From a virus, in IMG/VR virus record IMGVR_UViG_3300046328_000221, positions 30,046 through 94,045 of that record: a DNA stretch of 64,000 bases; one strand, 5' to 3'. The translations under genes and the position numbers were made by a program. The notes beneath the pieces are model-generated. The model ran no database searches. It was not told the DNA's origin and saw only the letters and a program-made list of their open reading frames with translations. Positions 43,000 to 51,970 of this stretch are shown here, piece after piece (the first letter of the stretch is position 1; each line of letters begins with the position of its first letter).

Positions 43000-43077
43000 C
43001 AAAAAGTGGTGAAGTGGAGTATGTTGCAACTAAACTCTTCGTAAGAAATCCAGTGATGCTGGACATCCACTTTTTAT

Positions 43078-43154
43078 GCTACCTTAGCTCAGTTGGCCAG
43101 AGTTCCTCACTTGTAATGAGGGTGTCATCAGTTCGAATCTGATAGGTAGCTCCA
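43078..43154 (+). tRNA. tRNA-Thr(TGT)
   Basis: Canonical cloverleaf; loop CTTGTAA; encoded CCA. Confidence 0.93.
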
Positions 43155-43205
43155 ATTAGTGGTAAAATTGATGTGTAGATAAAGTCTACGTATTAGGAGG
43201 AAATA

Positions 43206-43685
43206 ATGGCAGTTAAACCAGCACAATACTTTGATCCATTCCCAGGAAATCGTGGGGATGAATTAGGCAACATGGCATCATATCGCAAGCACCCACATCG
43301 TGGTAGCGACTGGGGATCCAAGGCAGCAATTGAAAATAAACCTATTAAGGCTATTACCAGTGGTGTAGTTAAGAAAATATTTTGGTCAGATGTTCTTGGA
43401 CATTGTCTAGTTCAGGGTTCAGCAGATGGATTCTACTGGCTATACGCACACCTTGCTGCAGAACCAACGGTTGCAGTTGGAAATAAGCTTGAGGGTGGAA
43501 AAACTGTTATTGGTAAAGTTGGTGGTGGCAAGAAAACTCCATCAGGATCAGCATCAACTGGTGCTCACCTTCATATGGCTGGTGGACCAATGGCTACAGG
43601 CCAGGATGTTCACACTATTGCTTATGAAAAACTAGTTGACGTACACAAGCACATTGACAAAAATAAGAATCCAGTAGCAGCTTAA
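43206..43685 (+). CDS. M23 peptidase (endolysin candidate)
   Basis: H.G.D, YAHL and STGAHLH motifs. Confidence 0.85.
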   Translation: MAVKPAQYFDPFPGNRGDELGNMASYRKHPHRGSDWGSKAAIENKPIKAITSGVVKKIFWSDVLGHCLVQGSADGFYWLYAHLAAEPTVAVGNKLEGGKTVIGKVGGGKKTPSGSASTGAHLHMAGGPMATGQDVHTIAYEKLVDVHKHIDKNKNPVAA

Positions 43686-43692
43686 GGAAAAG

Positions 43693-43872
43693 ATGCCAAC
43701 ATATGAATATAAATGTCCTGAATGTGCAGAGAAATCTGTTTTTATCAGAACTATTTCAGAAAAAGAGCCAGAATATATGTGCAAGACTTGCAATTTAAAG
43801 CTTGCTCGTGTATACTTGTCTAATGTAAACATTGCCTTTAAAGGTAGTGGATTTTATTCAACAGACAAATAA
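43693..43872 (+). CDS. FmdB-family Zn-ribbon protein (not in ORF track)
   Basis: MPTYEYKCPEC...CKTC...FKGSGFYSTD. Confidence 0.85.
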   Translation: MPTYEYKCPECAEKSVFIRTISEKEPEYMCKTCNLKLARVYLSNVNIAFKGSGFYSTDK

Positions 43873-43884
43873 AGGAGAAGTTGT

Positions 43885-44130
43885 ATGGTAGAGACTACTA
43901 AAAAAGTAGAGTGGGTCCTTACAGCTTTGGATAGATGTGATGCAAAAGATTGCAGTGCTCAGGCATATGTTAAGGCAGTTGGGGTAGCTGGAGAGTTACT
44001 ATTTTGTAATCATCACTATGAAAGATCTGTAAACAATGCAGTCGGATATGATAAAATGATGAAATTTGCATATGAAATTGTCGACGAGCGTGAACGCCTT
44101 GTAGAAAATAGACTACAGGGCGAAGACTAA
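43885..44130 (+). CDS. Small actinobacterial-type Zn-binding protein
   Basis: LTA.DRCD..C.AQAYV...LLFC.HH. Confidence 0.65.
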   Translation: MVETTKKVEWVLTALDRCDAKDCSAQAYVKAVGVAGELLFCNHHYERSVNNAVGYDKMMKFAYEIVDERERLVENRLQGED

Positions 44131-44173
44131 TTTTTATACAATTAGTATAACAATCAAGGTAGTATAATTAACT

Positions 44174-44608
44174 ATGCAATATTTTTTGGGATCAATAATA
44201 ACTCTAATTGTACTATTTGTATTGACTAGAATATATAAAGATAGGACTGATGAGTCTATCATGTCTAGTATTGCCTACAGTCAAAGCAGTGTTCACGAAA
44301 TCTTAAAGCCTGTTTTGCCAACAAATAAAGCTCTTAAAGCTATGAAACCTCTGATTTCTCAAGCCCAGAAGTACTATGATGAGCAGTTTACTCGTGTAAT
44401 CCTAGTAGAAAATATGGCATATTGGATCAAAGATAATGCCTTCTATAGTGCTGAAACCGATAATGGAACTATTTTACAAGAAACTGCAAAAACAGTTGAC
44501 ACAATTGCCATGGATAAGGTACAATTGGATAAGATGATTTTTATTGTAGAGAAGCTAACGGAAGGACTTACAGATGATCGTGGGAATACAGGGCAGTCGA
44601 AATTTTGA
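44174..44608 (+). CDS. N-terminally membrane-anchored hypothetical protein
   Basis: Hydrophobic N-terminus; leaderless start. Confidence 0.6.
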   Translation: MQYFLGSIITLIVLFVLTRIYKDRTDESIMSSIAYSQSSVHEILKPVLPTNKALKAMKPLISQAQKYYDEQFTRVILVENMAYWIKDNAFYSAETDNGTILQETAKTVDTIAMDKVQLDKMIFIVEKLTEGLTDDRGNTGQSKF

Positions 44609-44924
44609 AGACTACGCTATCTTTCTTAGAGCAATGGGTACAGCTCTTTCTATGCTTCCAGAAGATGATAATGAATTTTTAATATTTTCTTGTGGTCCAG
44701 TAAAGATCAATGCTTTTGCAATGGAGTTTTCAAACATCACAGAACGTAGTTTGAAAGCTCGTGGCAAGAAGATTAAACTCATTAAGGTTCCACCAAGTTG
44801 GTTTAGCAACAATATGAAAGACGTAAACTATTTTATATACTTGGGTAAACCAAAAGAAACAGTTTCTCCGATCGTCAAATTAGCAGAAGCTAAGGATGTC
44901 GAAGTCGGAATCTACAGATACTAA
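44574..44924 (+). CDS. SLOG/YspA-like protein (tentative)
   Basis: IVGIQGSRNFEDY N-terminal motif. Confidence 0.45.
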   Translation: MIVGIQGSRNFEDYAIFLRAMGTALSMLPEDDNEFLIFSCGPVKINAFAMEFSNITERSLKARGKKIKLIKVPPSWFSNNMKDVNYFIYLGKPKETVSPIVKLAEAKDVEVGIYRY

Positions 44925-44957
44925 AAATAGTATCTTATCAAATAAATAGTAATAGGA

Positions 44958-45173
44958 GTGATTATGTTAATTAACTCACTTGAAAAAATGGAGCAGATTG
45001 TAGAAAACAATAAAGCTCTTTCATGGGACGGTTGGACAGTAATTGAAAATCGTTTTAAGGAAAACGGAAGAATTGCAACTGATGGAGTTTACTTAAATGG
45101 TAAATGGATCGTGCAGAAGCGTTTTGAATTGTCGACCAATGGCTGGGAAATTCCTTCCAAGTTTGTAGGATAG
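44958..45173 (+). CDS. Hypothetical protein
   Basis: RBS AGGAG; LSWDGW motif. Confidence 0.55.
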   Translation: MIMLINSLEKMEQIVENNKALSWDGWTVIENRFKENGRIATDGVYLNGKWIVQKRFELSTNGWEIPSKFVG

Positions 45174-45174
45174 T

Positions 45175-45459
45175 ATGGATAAGAACGTCTGGAAAGATGA
45201 TGGACTTTGTGTAGGATATGATCATGATTTATTCTTTGACAAGTACGAAGAAGATGAAAAGTTAAGGCCTGCAATAGATAAGTTATGTTCAGGATGTCCT
45301 ATGGCAAGACAATGTTTTGCTGTTGGAGTATCTCAAAAAGAATGGGGAGTTTGGGGAGGCATCTATTTAGAAAATGGAAATATCTCTAGAGAGTTCGGGA
45401 AACATAGAACAAAGCAGGACTGGTCAGACACTTGGCAAAATCTAACAAATGATAAGTAG
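45175..45459 (+). CDS. whiB: WhiB-family Fe-S transcription factor
   Basis: C...C..CP...C and GVWGG motifs. Confidence 0.9.
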   Translation: MDKNVWKDDGLCVGYDHDLFFDKYEEDEKLRPAIDKLCSGCPMARQCFAVGVSQKEWGVWGGIYLENGNISREFGKHRTKQDWSDTWQNLTNDK

Positions 45460-45464
45460 GAATT

Positions 45465-45701
45465 ATGTATACTGACGCAATGAAAATGGCATTCCATTCT
45501 ATTACTCCACCAAATAATTTTGGTGTGCAGATAATTGATAATGAGCATTTCTTGACGGTAAAAGCAAAAGAAGAAATCTTTATGCGATTGCTGGATGAAG
45601 AAAAGCGTAGTGCCGTAGAGTATATGGTAAGAGTAAAGAAAGCTTTAGAAGACAAAGGGGCAATAGTATTGCTTGTACGAGATGGTGGAGAAGATCTATA
45701 A
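45465..45701 (+). CDS. Hypothetical protein
   Basis: ORF in operon with whiB. Confidence 0.55.
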   Translation: MYTDAMKMAFHSITPPNNFGVQIIDNEHFLTVKAKEEIFMRLLDEEKRSAVEYMVRVKKALEDKGAIVLLVRDGGEDL

Positions 45702-46114
45702 TGATAGAATTAGTAGCGTTTATTGTTTTTATATCACTATTTATTCTTGTTTGTATTGACAATGTTTTATTAAGAAACAAAACAAAAAGAATATCTATGA
45801 GTCTTGTTCAGCTATATATTGAGAAGAACGTCTTATCAGAGCACTTGTCTCAAGTATTAGTTGAAAATGAATCAAAGAGTGTTGAGCAAACAGATGGATT
45901 TTTAAAGTTTGTTTCTCAATCTCGTGATTGGGCATATTCATATATTGAAGATGCACAGGACAAGATTCAGAAATTTGATAAGGTTGTAGACAGTGTCTCT
46001 GGCTCAACATCGAAAGAATCGCTAAAAAGAATTCTGGAAGCATACAAAGAATTAAAAACTTTGCTACCAGATAATCAAGAAAATATAATAGTTCAAGGAG
46101 AACCAAATGAATAA
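45701..46114 (+). CDS. Membrane-anchored coiled-coil protein
   Basis: N-terminal TM helix. Confidence 0.55.
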   Translation: MIELVAFIVFISLFILVCIDNVLLRNKTKRISMSLVQLYIEKNVLSEHLSQVLVENESKSVEQTDGFLKFVSQSRDWAYSYIEDAQDKIQKFDKVVDSVSGSTSKESLKRILEAYKELKTLLPDNQENIIVQGEPNE

Positions 46115-46364
46115 AGCTGCAAAGGCAATGCTTGCCTCATATGCACGATCAGTACTTGGTGCTGCATCTACACTATATCTAGCTGGAGTAACAGATCCAG
46201 CAGACCTAGTCTGGTCACTAGTTGGTGCCATCGCACCTGTGGTGCTTCGCTACATTAATCCAAATGATGCTGCTTTTGGTGTTGTGCCAAAGGAAGCTGA
46301 CATTAAGGAAGCTCTATCTAAGGCTACGCCAAAGAAGGCACCAGTAGTAAAAAAGAAGAAGTAG
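46107..46364 (+). CDS. Holin-like membrane protein
   Basis: Two TM helices; LRY.NP.D.AFG motif; basic tail. Confidence 0.6.
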   Translation: MNKAAKAMLASYARSVLGAASTLYLAGVTDPADLVWSLVGAIAPVVLRYINPNDAAFGVVPKEADIKEALSKATPKKAPVVKKKK

Positions 46365-46373
46365 TTCTAAATA

Positions 46374-46411
46374 AAAAGATAGCCAGGGTAATTAGCCCTG
46401 GCTTTTCTTTT
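46374..46411. terminator. Bidirectional terminator
   Basis: AGCCAGGG-taattag-CCCTGGCT with A/T-rich runs on both sides, between convergent genes. Confidence 0.8.
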
Positions 46412-48332
46412 AATGAAAAGATAATGCTTTATAGTTTATATAAATATTGTTATATCCAGCATCATGGAAGTTCTGACATACAACTACCATCTCACAATCA
46501 AATTCATTAGTTACATTATTGATCCAGCCATGTCGTATGCCCTCCTGGAATGGTTTGGCACGGTATAAGCATAGTCCATTAGATGTGGAATAGTATTTAC
46601 CATATTCTTTAGTCTTATACAATGGATCAAGCTCAGACTTATTTGGATTAAAAATAGCGGTAGTTCTAGTAGCCCACCAGTCATAGTGAGTACCAGTAGG
46701 ACGTATAGATACAGAAGATACTATATCAAAGTCTGGCTCTTTATCTCTAAAAGTAAGAAGGTGTCTAGCTGCATCAACTTTAAATTTATTATCTCCCTCA
46801 ACCATAAGAACATAATCAACCCTATCTAAGAATCCTCCAGCCTCTATTGCCTTATTTCTAGCCTTAGCAAGATTTTCAACTCTGGTGGCATCCTTTACTG
46901 ACCCATAAAACTTAGTGTTAATATTCTCAGTTATGATTGAAATGCCTTGGAAGAATGACCAGTCCTTTGAGTATAACAATGACTTGGTTTTATCATTAGA
47001 ATCATTTTCATAAATAGATAAGTAAAAGTCATACTCAGGAGATTGCTGTACAATAGATCTAAGCTGGTCATGGTATCTATCTATATTATTTTCAATATTT
47101 CTAACAATAGAATATATTAATACACTTTTCTTTTCAACATTATCCGAAACAACTGGGATAGTCTTAGAACAGTTTTCCTCAATAACTTCATCAAGAATAT
47201 TTAAAAATCTTTTCTCAATGTTTTTCCAATCGTATTCTTCAAAAATACTTTTAGATCCTTCAATCAAGCCTGAGTATTTAGATCTATCACTTAATGATTC
47301 TATTGCCAAAGCCATATCCTCAACTGTTTCTGCGATTAGCATGGATTTATTAATGTCTGATTCTCTAAATCCTCTAGCACCAACAGATGAACTAATTATA
47401 GGAATTCCATAACTAAGGGCTTCCATCATCTTTAAGTGCGTTCCAGATCCAGACTTCATTGGATTAATAAAAGCTAGAGAATCTCTAAATATAATATCTA
47501 ACTCTTCATTACTAACTTTGCCAAGAACATTAAGATTGTTTGGAATAAGCTCTTTCTTAATACCAAGACCATTACTTGCAGAACCACAAAGATTGAAGGT
47601 GTATTCAGGCATCAGACGTGCTAGGGGAACAATAGCTTTTGCTGCTTCTACGTTTGGTGGATGACCACTTCCCACAAAGAATAGACTCTTTGATTTAGCT
47701 CTTAGCTCAGGACTTGTTACTGTTTTTTTATTAGCACCATTTGGAACATAGTATGCAGGGCAGCCAAGGCCATAAAATTCTTCTAGATGTGTTAAGTCTT
47801 CATTGGAACAGTATAGAACTGCATTAGCCTTTGAGAGGGCAAAAGCTTCCATCTTTTTGGTTGTCTTGGCAGCTTCTGAATTTTCACCAAAAATTTGATT
47901 TGCCATAAAGATCTCACAGTTTTGTGAGCTATAGACTATTGGTATTCCCTCAACTTCATTTAGAAAAGGTGCTCCAGAATAGTGCTCAAGAATAACCAAA
48001 TCAGTATTCTTCAATAACTCTTTTATTTTATTTTGTGTAGAGGTTAGATATTTATATACGAGATCTATGCACAAATCTGGATTCCTAGACACCTGTTCCC
48101 AGGCCCTAGACTTCATCTGAATGGCTCTATGTTCTGCTCCAGAGTAAATATATGTTAAGTTATCTTTTATCTTTTCTTCTTTTGCACCTGGCTCCCAGCC
48201 AAATGATAAGAAAGTTACATTGTGCTTTTCAGTTAAAGCATCTATTAGGGCCATTGTTCTAATGGCTCCACCACTATCTCTATGGATCTCGGATCTACCC
48301 ATATTAGCGTTTATAAAAAGTATATTTACCAC
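46410..48332 (-). CDS. Two-domain glycosyltransferase (GT4-type + GT-A-type)
   Basis: GSGTHLKMMEALSYGIPIISS (GT4); YENDS.D.T and LAKARN.A (GT-A fold). Confidence 0.85.
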   Translation of the reverse strand: MVNILFINANMGRSEIHRDSGGAIRTMALIDALTEKHNVTFLSFGWEPGAKEEKIKDNLTYIYSGAEHRAIQMKSRAWEQVSRNPDLCIDLVYKYLTSTQNKIKELLKNTDLVILEHYSGAPFLNEVEGIPIVYSSQNCEIFMANQIFGENSEAAKTTKKMEAFALSKANAVLYCSNEDLTHLEEFYGLGCPAYYVPNGANKKTVTSPELRAKSKSLFFVGSGHPPNVEAAKAIVPLARLMPEYTFNLCGSASNGLGIKKELIPNNLNVLGKVSNEELDIIFRDSLAFINPMKSGSGTHLKMMEALSYGIPIISSSVGARGFRESDINKSMLIAETVEDMALAIESLSDRSKYSGLIEGSKSIFEEYDWKNIEKRFLNILDEVIEENCSKTIPVVSDNVEKKSVLIYSIVRNIENNIDRYHDQLRSIVQQSPEYDFYLSIYENDSNDKTKSLLYSKDWSFFQGISIITENINTKFYGSVKDATRVENLAKARNKAIEAGGFLDRVDYVLMVEGDNKFKVDAARHLLTFRDKEPDFDIVSSVSIRPTGTHYDWWATRTTAIFNPNKSELDPLYKTKEYGKYYSTSNGLCLYRAKPFQEGIRHGWINNVTNEFDCEMVVVCQNFHDAGYNNIYINYKALSFH

Positions 48333-48429
48333 AGTTACCTATCTATTTACTTCTATTCTATCATATGCTATAATGTTTATGCCTGCCAATTGGGGGCAAT
48401 TAACTCGCTTAACAAAAGGAGATGATAGA

Positions 48430-48813
48430 ATGGTTACATTCACATATGGAGGCTTTGCTCAGGAATTTGAGAGAGCTTTTGGAAACACAGGAAACAATAC
48501 CTACCCACCATACAATGTCGTTAAGGTTGATGACGACAAAATTGTTATGGAATTTGCGGTAGCTGGATTCAAGAAGAACGATATCAGTATTACTACTGAG
48601 AAGAATGTTCTAACAATCAAGGCAGAACAGCCAGAGACAGATGAGAAGGCATATCTACACAAGGGTATCGCTGCTCGCAAGTTTACTCGTGCTTTCACAC
48701 TACCAGAGTATTTTGAGGTAGAGTCTGCTGAATTTGAATACGGTATTTTGTATATCGATCTAATTCGTAATATCCCAGAAGAGAAGAAACCAAAGAAGAT
48801 CACTATTAACTAG
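48430..48813 (+). CDS. Small heat-shock protein (Hsp20/IbpA-like)
   Basis: YPPYN; AVAGF; YLHKGIA.R.F.R.F.L; GIL.I.L. Confidence 0.92.
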   Translation: MVTFTYGGFAQEFERAFGNTGNNTYPPYNVVKVDDDKIVMEFAVAGFKKNDISITTEKNVLTIKAEQPETDEKAYLHKGIAARKFTRAFTLPEYFEVESAEFEYGILYIDLIRNIPEEKKPKKITIN

Positions 48814-48823
48814 TGATATAATG

Positions 48824-48920
48824 GGATTGTCCCCTACATAGGACTACGCTTAGGATGGATTAGTTACCTATTTTATGACCGTGGCCTTCGTGCTTGAATA
48901 GCCTGTGTAGGGGATTCCTC
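48824..48920 (+). ncRNA. Candidate stand-alone structured sRNA
   Basis: Own TGATATAAT promoter; 13-bp closing stem TCCCCTACATAGG/CCTGTGTAGGGGA; no convincing ORF. Confidence 0.55.
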
Positions 48921-48945
48921 ATAACAACTGTGCTATAATATACTT

Positions 48946-49428
48946 ATGAATGAACAATTGGTTAATGCACTAAAGGTGCTTCTTGCAGATACAATAGCTT
49001 TAAAATTTAAGGCTCACGGCTTTCACTGGAACGTTGAAACAGATGACTTCCCACAGTACCACGCCTTCTTTGGATCAATCTATGAAGACTTTAATGAGGC
49101 CGTAGATCCATTTGCAGAGTGGATTCGTATGCTAGACAATAACCAGTATGCTCCTTTCTCTTTGTCTCGTCTTGCTAGCCTAACAACTGTTCCAGACGCT
49201 CAGGTAACTCCTGACCACGAATCTATGGCTGCAGATCTACTAGCATCTATTGAACTTATTACTCCTAAGATTGTTGAAGCTGCTGTAGTTGCTACTGCTG
49301 CTAATCAATTTGGATTGGCTAACTTCCTTGGAGATCGTCAAACTGCTCACCAAAAATGGATTTGGCAACTAAAGACTGTCGTTAAGCCTGAACCAATGGA
49401 TGTTCAGGAAACAGAACAAGGAGCATAA
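48946..49428 (+). CDS. dps: Dps/ferritin-like protein
   Basis: HGFHWNV...F...H..F...Y...D..AE.IR; K..W.L. Confidence 0.9.
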   Translation: MNEQLVNALKVLLADTIALKFKAHGFHWNVETDDFPQYHAFFGSIYEDFNEAVDPFAEWIRMLDNNQYAPFSLSRLASLTTVPDAQVTPDHESMAADLLASIELITPKIVEAAVVATAANQFGLANFLGDRQTAHQKWIWQLKTVVKPEPMDVQETEQGA

Positions 49429-50600
49429 TGCCTTATTCGGTTGGGGCTAAAGGAACATACGGTTGCAGTGGTTATCCTGTAATCAAAACTAAAACTGGTG
49501 AAGTTATGGGTTGTCACCCATCTGTAGAAAATGCTAATAAACAATTAGCTGCTCTTCACATTAATGAGCCAGAGGCTAGTAAGGTTGATCAAACTATGAC
49601 TCCCACAAAAACACATTCATCAACAGATGCTCTGTATCCAAGTATTGGAATTAAAAATCCTACACAAGGACGTGCAGGAACAACTACTGGAAGCAAGATT
49701 AAAAGCAAGTATGCAAAGAAACCAAAGATCAATAATGGTCGTTCTGGAGATGCACAAAACAGTGATGGTGCAATTGCATCTGGAGGATCTGGTGGTTCTA
49801 TGGGAACAAAGTCATTAGATTGTTGCCCTGATGAATCTGTTGCAAAGGCCGAACCGTGTTGGGATGGTTATGTTCAGCGTGGAATGAAGCCAGGATCTGG
49901 TGGAAGAATGGTTCCTAATTGCGTTCCTATAAAGAAGTCAGATGATAGGATTGTCGAAGGTGACTTTGTAATGGCAATGACTACAGAGGGATCAATCGTT
50001 GGACAAGTTGAGCATGTAATGCTTGAGGGTGGCACTTACGGACAGCCAGGCAATCCTTATGCTGTTGAGTCAACTCCAGAAAATCCAGCGGTAGCTATTA
50101 GAATGCTTGAAGAAGAAGATGGTGTATACTTCTACACCCCATACTCAATAGGTACATTGATGTCAAACATTAAAAGAATTGATATGCCAAACATTAGTTT
50201 AGAAGACTATGAAGATGAAGAAAAAGTATCTAAAGCTGAGGGATATTCTCCACCATCAGGTGCAAGGTCTGCTGCTCGTAGAGCTATTAAGTTTAAGCAA
50301 GATGGCAAGGCCACTGGTGCTGGAACAATGGTTGGATGGACTCGTGCAGGACAACTTGCTAGAGGAGAAACCTTGTCTCTCAGTACAGTAAAGCGTATGT
50401 ATTCTTATTTCTCACGTCACGAGGTAGACAAGAAGGGTAAAGACTGGGGAAACCAGGCTAATCCATCTAATGGCTATATCATGTGGCTTGCATGGGGTGG
50501 CGATGCTGGGTATTCTTGGTCCAGGGGCGTAGTTCAAAGAGAAAAAAACAAAATGGATAACAGCATTTGGGCTGGGTCTGCATTTGAAAAACGAAAATAA
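49428..50600 (+). CDS. Multi-module head-associated protein (putative polyprotein)
   Basis: GCH...A.KQLAAL; CWDGY..RGMK...VPNCVP; RM.SYFSRHE...W.AWGGDAG modules. Confidence 0.6.
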   Translation: MPYSVGAKGTYGCSGYPVIKTKTGEVMGCHPSVENANKQLAALHINEPEASKVDQTMTPTKTHSSTDALYPSIGIKNPTQGRAGTTTGSKIKSKYAKKPKINNGRSGDAQNSDGAIASGGSGGSMGTKSLDCCPDESVAKAEPCWDGYVQRGMKPGSGGRMVPNCVPIKKSDDRIVEGDFVMAMTTEGSIVGQVEHVMLEGGTYGQPGNPYAVESTPENPAVAIRMLEEEDGVYFYTPYSIGTLMSNIKRIDMPNISLEDYEDEEKVSKAEGYSPPSGARSAARRAIKFKQDGKATGAGTMVGWTRAGQLARGETLSLSTVKRMYSYFSRHEVDKKGKDWGNQANPSNGYIMWLAWGGDAGYSWSRGVVQREKNKMDNSIWAGSAFEKRK

Positions 50601-50603
50601 ATA

Positions 50604-51638
50604 ATGAAAAAGGCATTAATTACAGGAATCACTGGACAAGACGGTTCCTACCTAGCAGAGCTATTGCTCAATCTTGGTTACGAAGTTCACGGTATTGTTC
50701 GTAGATCCTCTACAGACACCTATGACCGTATTAAGAGTATCCTTGATAATGATAATCTATTTCTTCACCGTGGAGAGCTAACTGATTCCTCATCACTTAA
50801 TAATATAGTTAAGCTTGTTCAGCCAGATGAGGTGTATAACCTAGGTGCCCAAAGCCATGTTCAGATATCTTTTGATACTCCTATGTTCACTGCTGACGCA
50901 GACGCTATGGGGGTTCTACGCCTCCTAGAAGCCATTAGACAAGCAGGGCTAGAGAAACACACACGCTTTTATCAAGCAAGCACCTCAGAGATGTTTGGGC
51001 TTGTTCAGGAGGTTCCTCAAAAGGAGACTACCCCATTCTATCCACGCTCACCATATGGCGTAGCCAAGCTTTATGGTCACTGGATCACCAAGAATTATCG
51101 TGAATCATATGGAATGTTTGCTACCAGTGGGATCCTATTTAACCACGAATCACCTAGACGTGGTGAAAATTTTGTTACAAGCAAGATAGTTTTATCATTG
51201 AGCAACATCATGCAAGGTAAGCAGGACTTACTAGAGCTTGGTAATTTAGATTCTCTTCGTGACTGGGGACATGCAAAGGATTTTGTATATGCCATGTATC
51301 TAATGCTACAACAGGATCAGCCAGATGACTATGTAATTTCTACAGGAGAACAGCACTCTGTTCGTGAATTTGTAGAGTTAGCTGCTAACTATTTTGGTAT
51401 GAATATTACTTGGCAGGGTACTGGAGTGGATGAAGTTGGTATTGATACTATTACTGGTAACACTGTTATTAAGATTAATCCTAAATTCTATCGTCCAGCA
51501 GAGGTAGAAACCCTACTGGGAGACTCTACAAAGGCTATACAAGCTCTAGGGTGGGTTCGTAAACGTTCGTTTAAGGATCTTGTAGAAGATATGTGTGAGA
51601 ATGCTCCTAGCATGTTCCCTAACTATAAAGGTGAATAG
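50604..51638 (+). CDS. gmd: GDP-mannose 4,6-dehydratase
   Basis: [12 protein letters not shown]; YQASTSE; SPYGVAK; FNHESPRRG; RDWGHA.D. Confidence 0.96.
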   Translation: MKKALITGITGQDGSYLAELLLNLGYEVHGIVRRSSTDTYDRIKSILDNDNLFLHRGELTDSSSLNNIVKLVQPDEVYNLGAQSHVQISFDTPMFTADADAMGVLRLLEAIRQAGLEKHTRFYQASTSEMFGLVQEVPQKETTPFYPRSPYGVAKLYGHWITKNYRESYGMFATSGILFNHESPRRGENFVTSKIVLSLSNIMQGKQDLLELGNLDSLRDWGHAKDFVYAMYLMLQQDQPDDYVISTGEQHSVREFVELAANYFGMNITWQGTGVDEVGIDTITGNTVIKINPKFYRPAEVETLLGDSTKAIQALGWVRKRSFKDLVEDMCENAPSMFPNYKGE

Positions 51639-51920
51639 TTAAGCAGCCTGATCGTGTTCTCTAGTATAGGTTCTTACTTTGTGGCAGTTTGAACAAACAA
51701 CGTCACACTTAGCAACTTCTTTCCAGGCCATCTCTGTTCCATAATTTTTTAAAACACGAGTGACGTTATCTATTTTGATTTCACCAGGTCTGTGGTCAAA
51801 CTCTAAAACGTAGTGTGGGAATTTATTTCTACAGTCAAAACATCCACGCTTCTCTTTGAGGAGATGAAGCTCCTGCAGCACTTTTGCTGCCTCTTGACGA
51901 TGCTTTTTACTTTTTACCAT
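51639..51920 (-). CDS. Small HNH endonuclease
   Basis: CFDC; FDH; KC.VVC.NCH..RT; leaderless start at 51920. Confidence 0.8.
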   Translation of the reverse strand: MVKSKKHRQEAAKVLQELHLLKEKRGCFDCRNKFPHYVLEFDHRPGEIKIDNVTRVLKNYGTEMAWKEVAKCDVVCSNCHKVRTYTREHDQAA

Positions 51921-51970
51921 CCATATAATTATACCACTAAGGTATAATTGTTTTAATAGAAGAAAGAAAA

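Noticed and set aside
42440-43012. ORFs 42440-42676, 42649-42870 and 42794-43012
   Set aside because: They overlap tRNA or structured RNA and lack an RBS or protein-like features.
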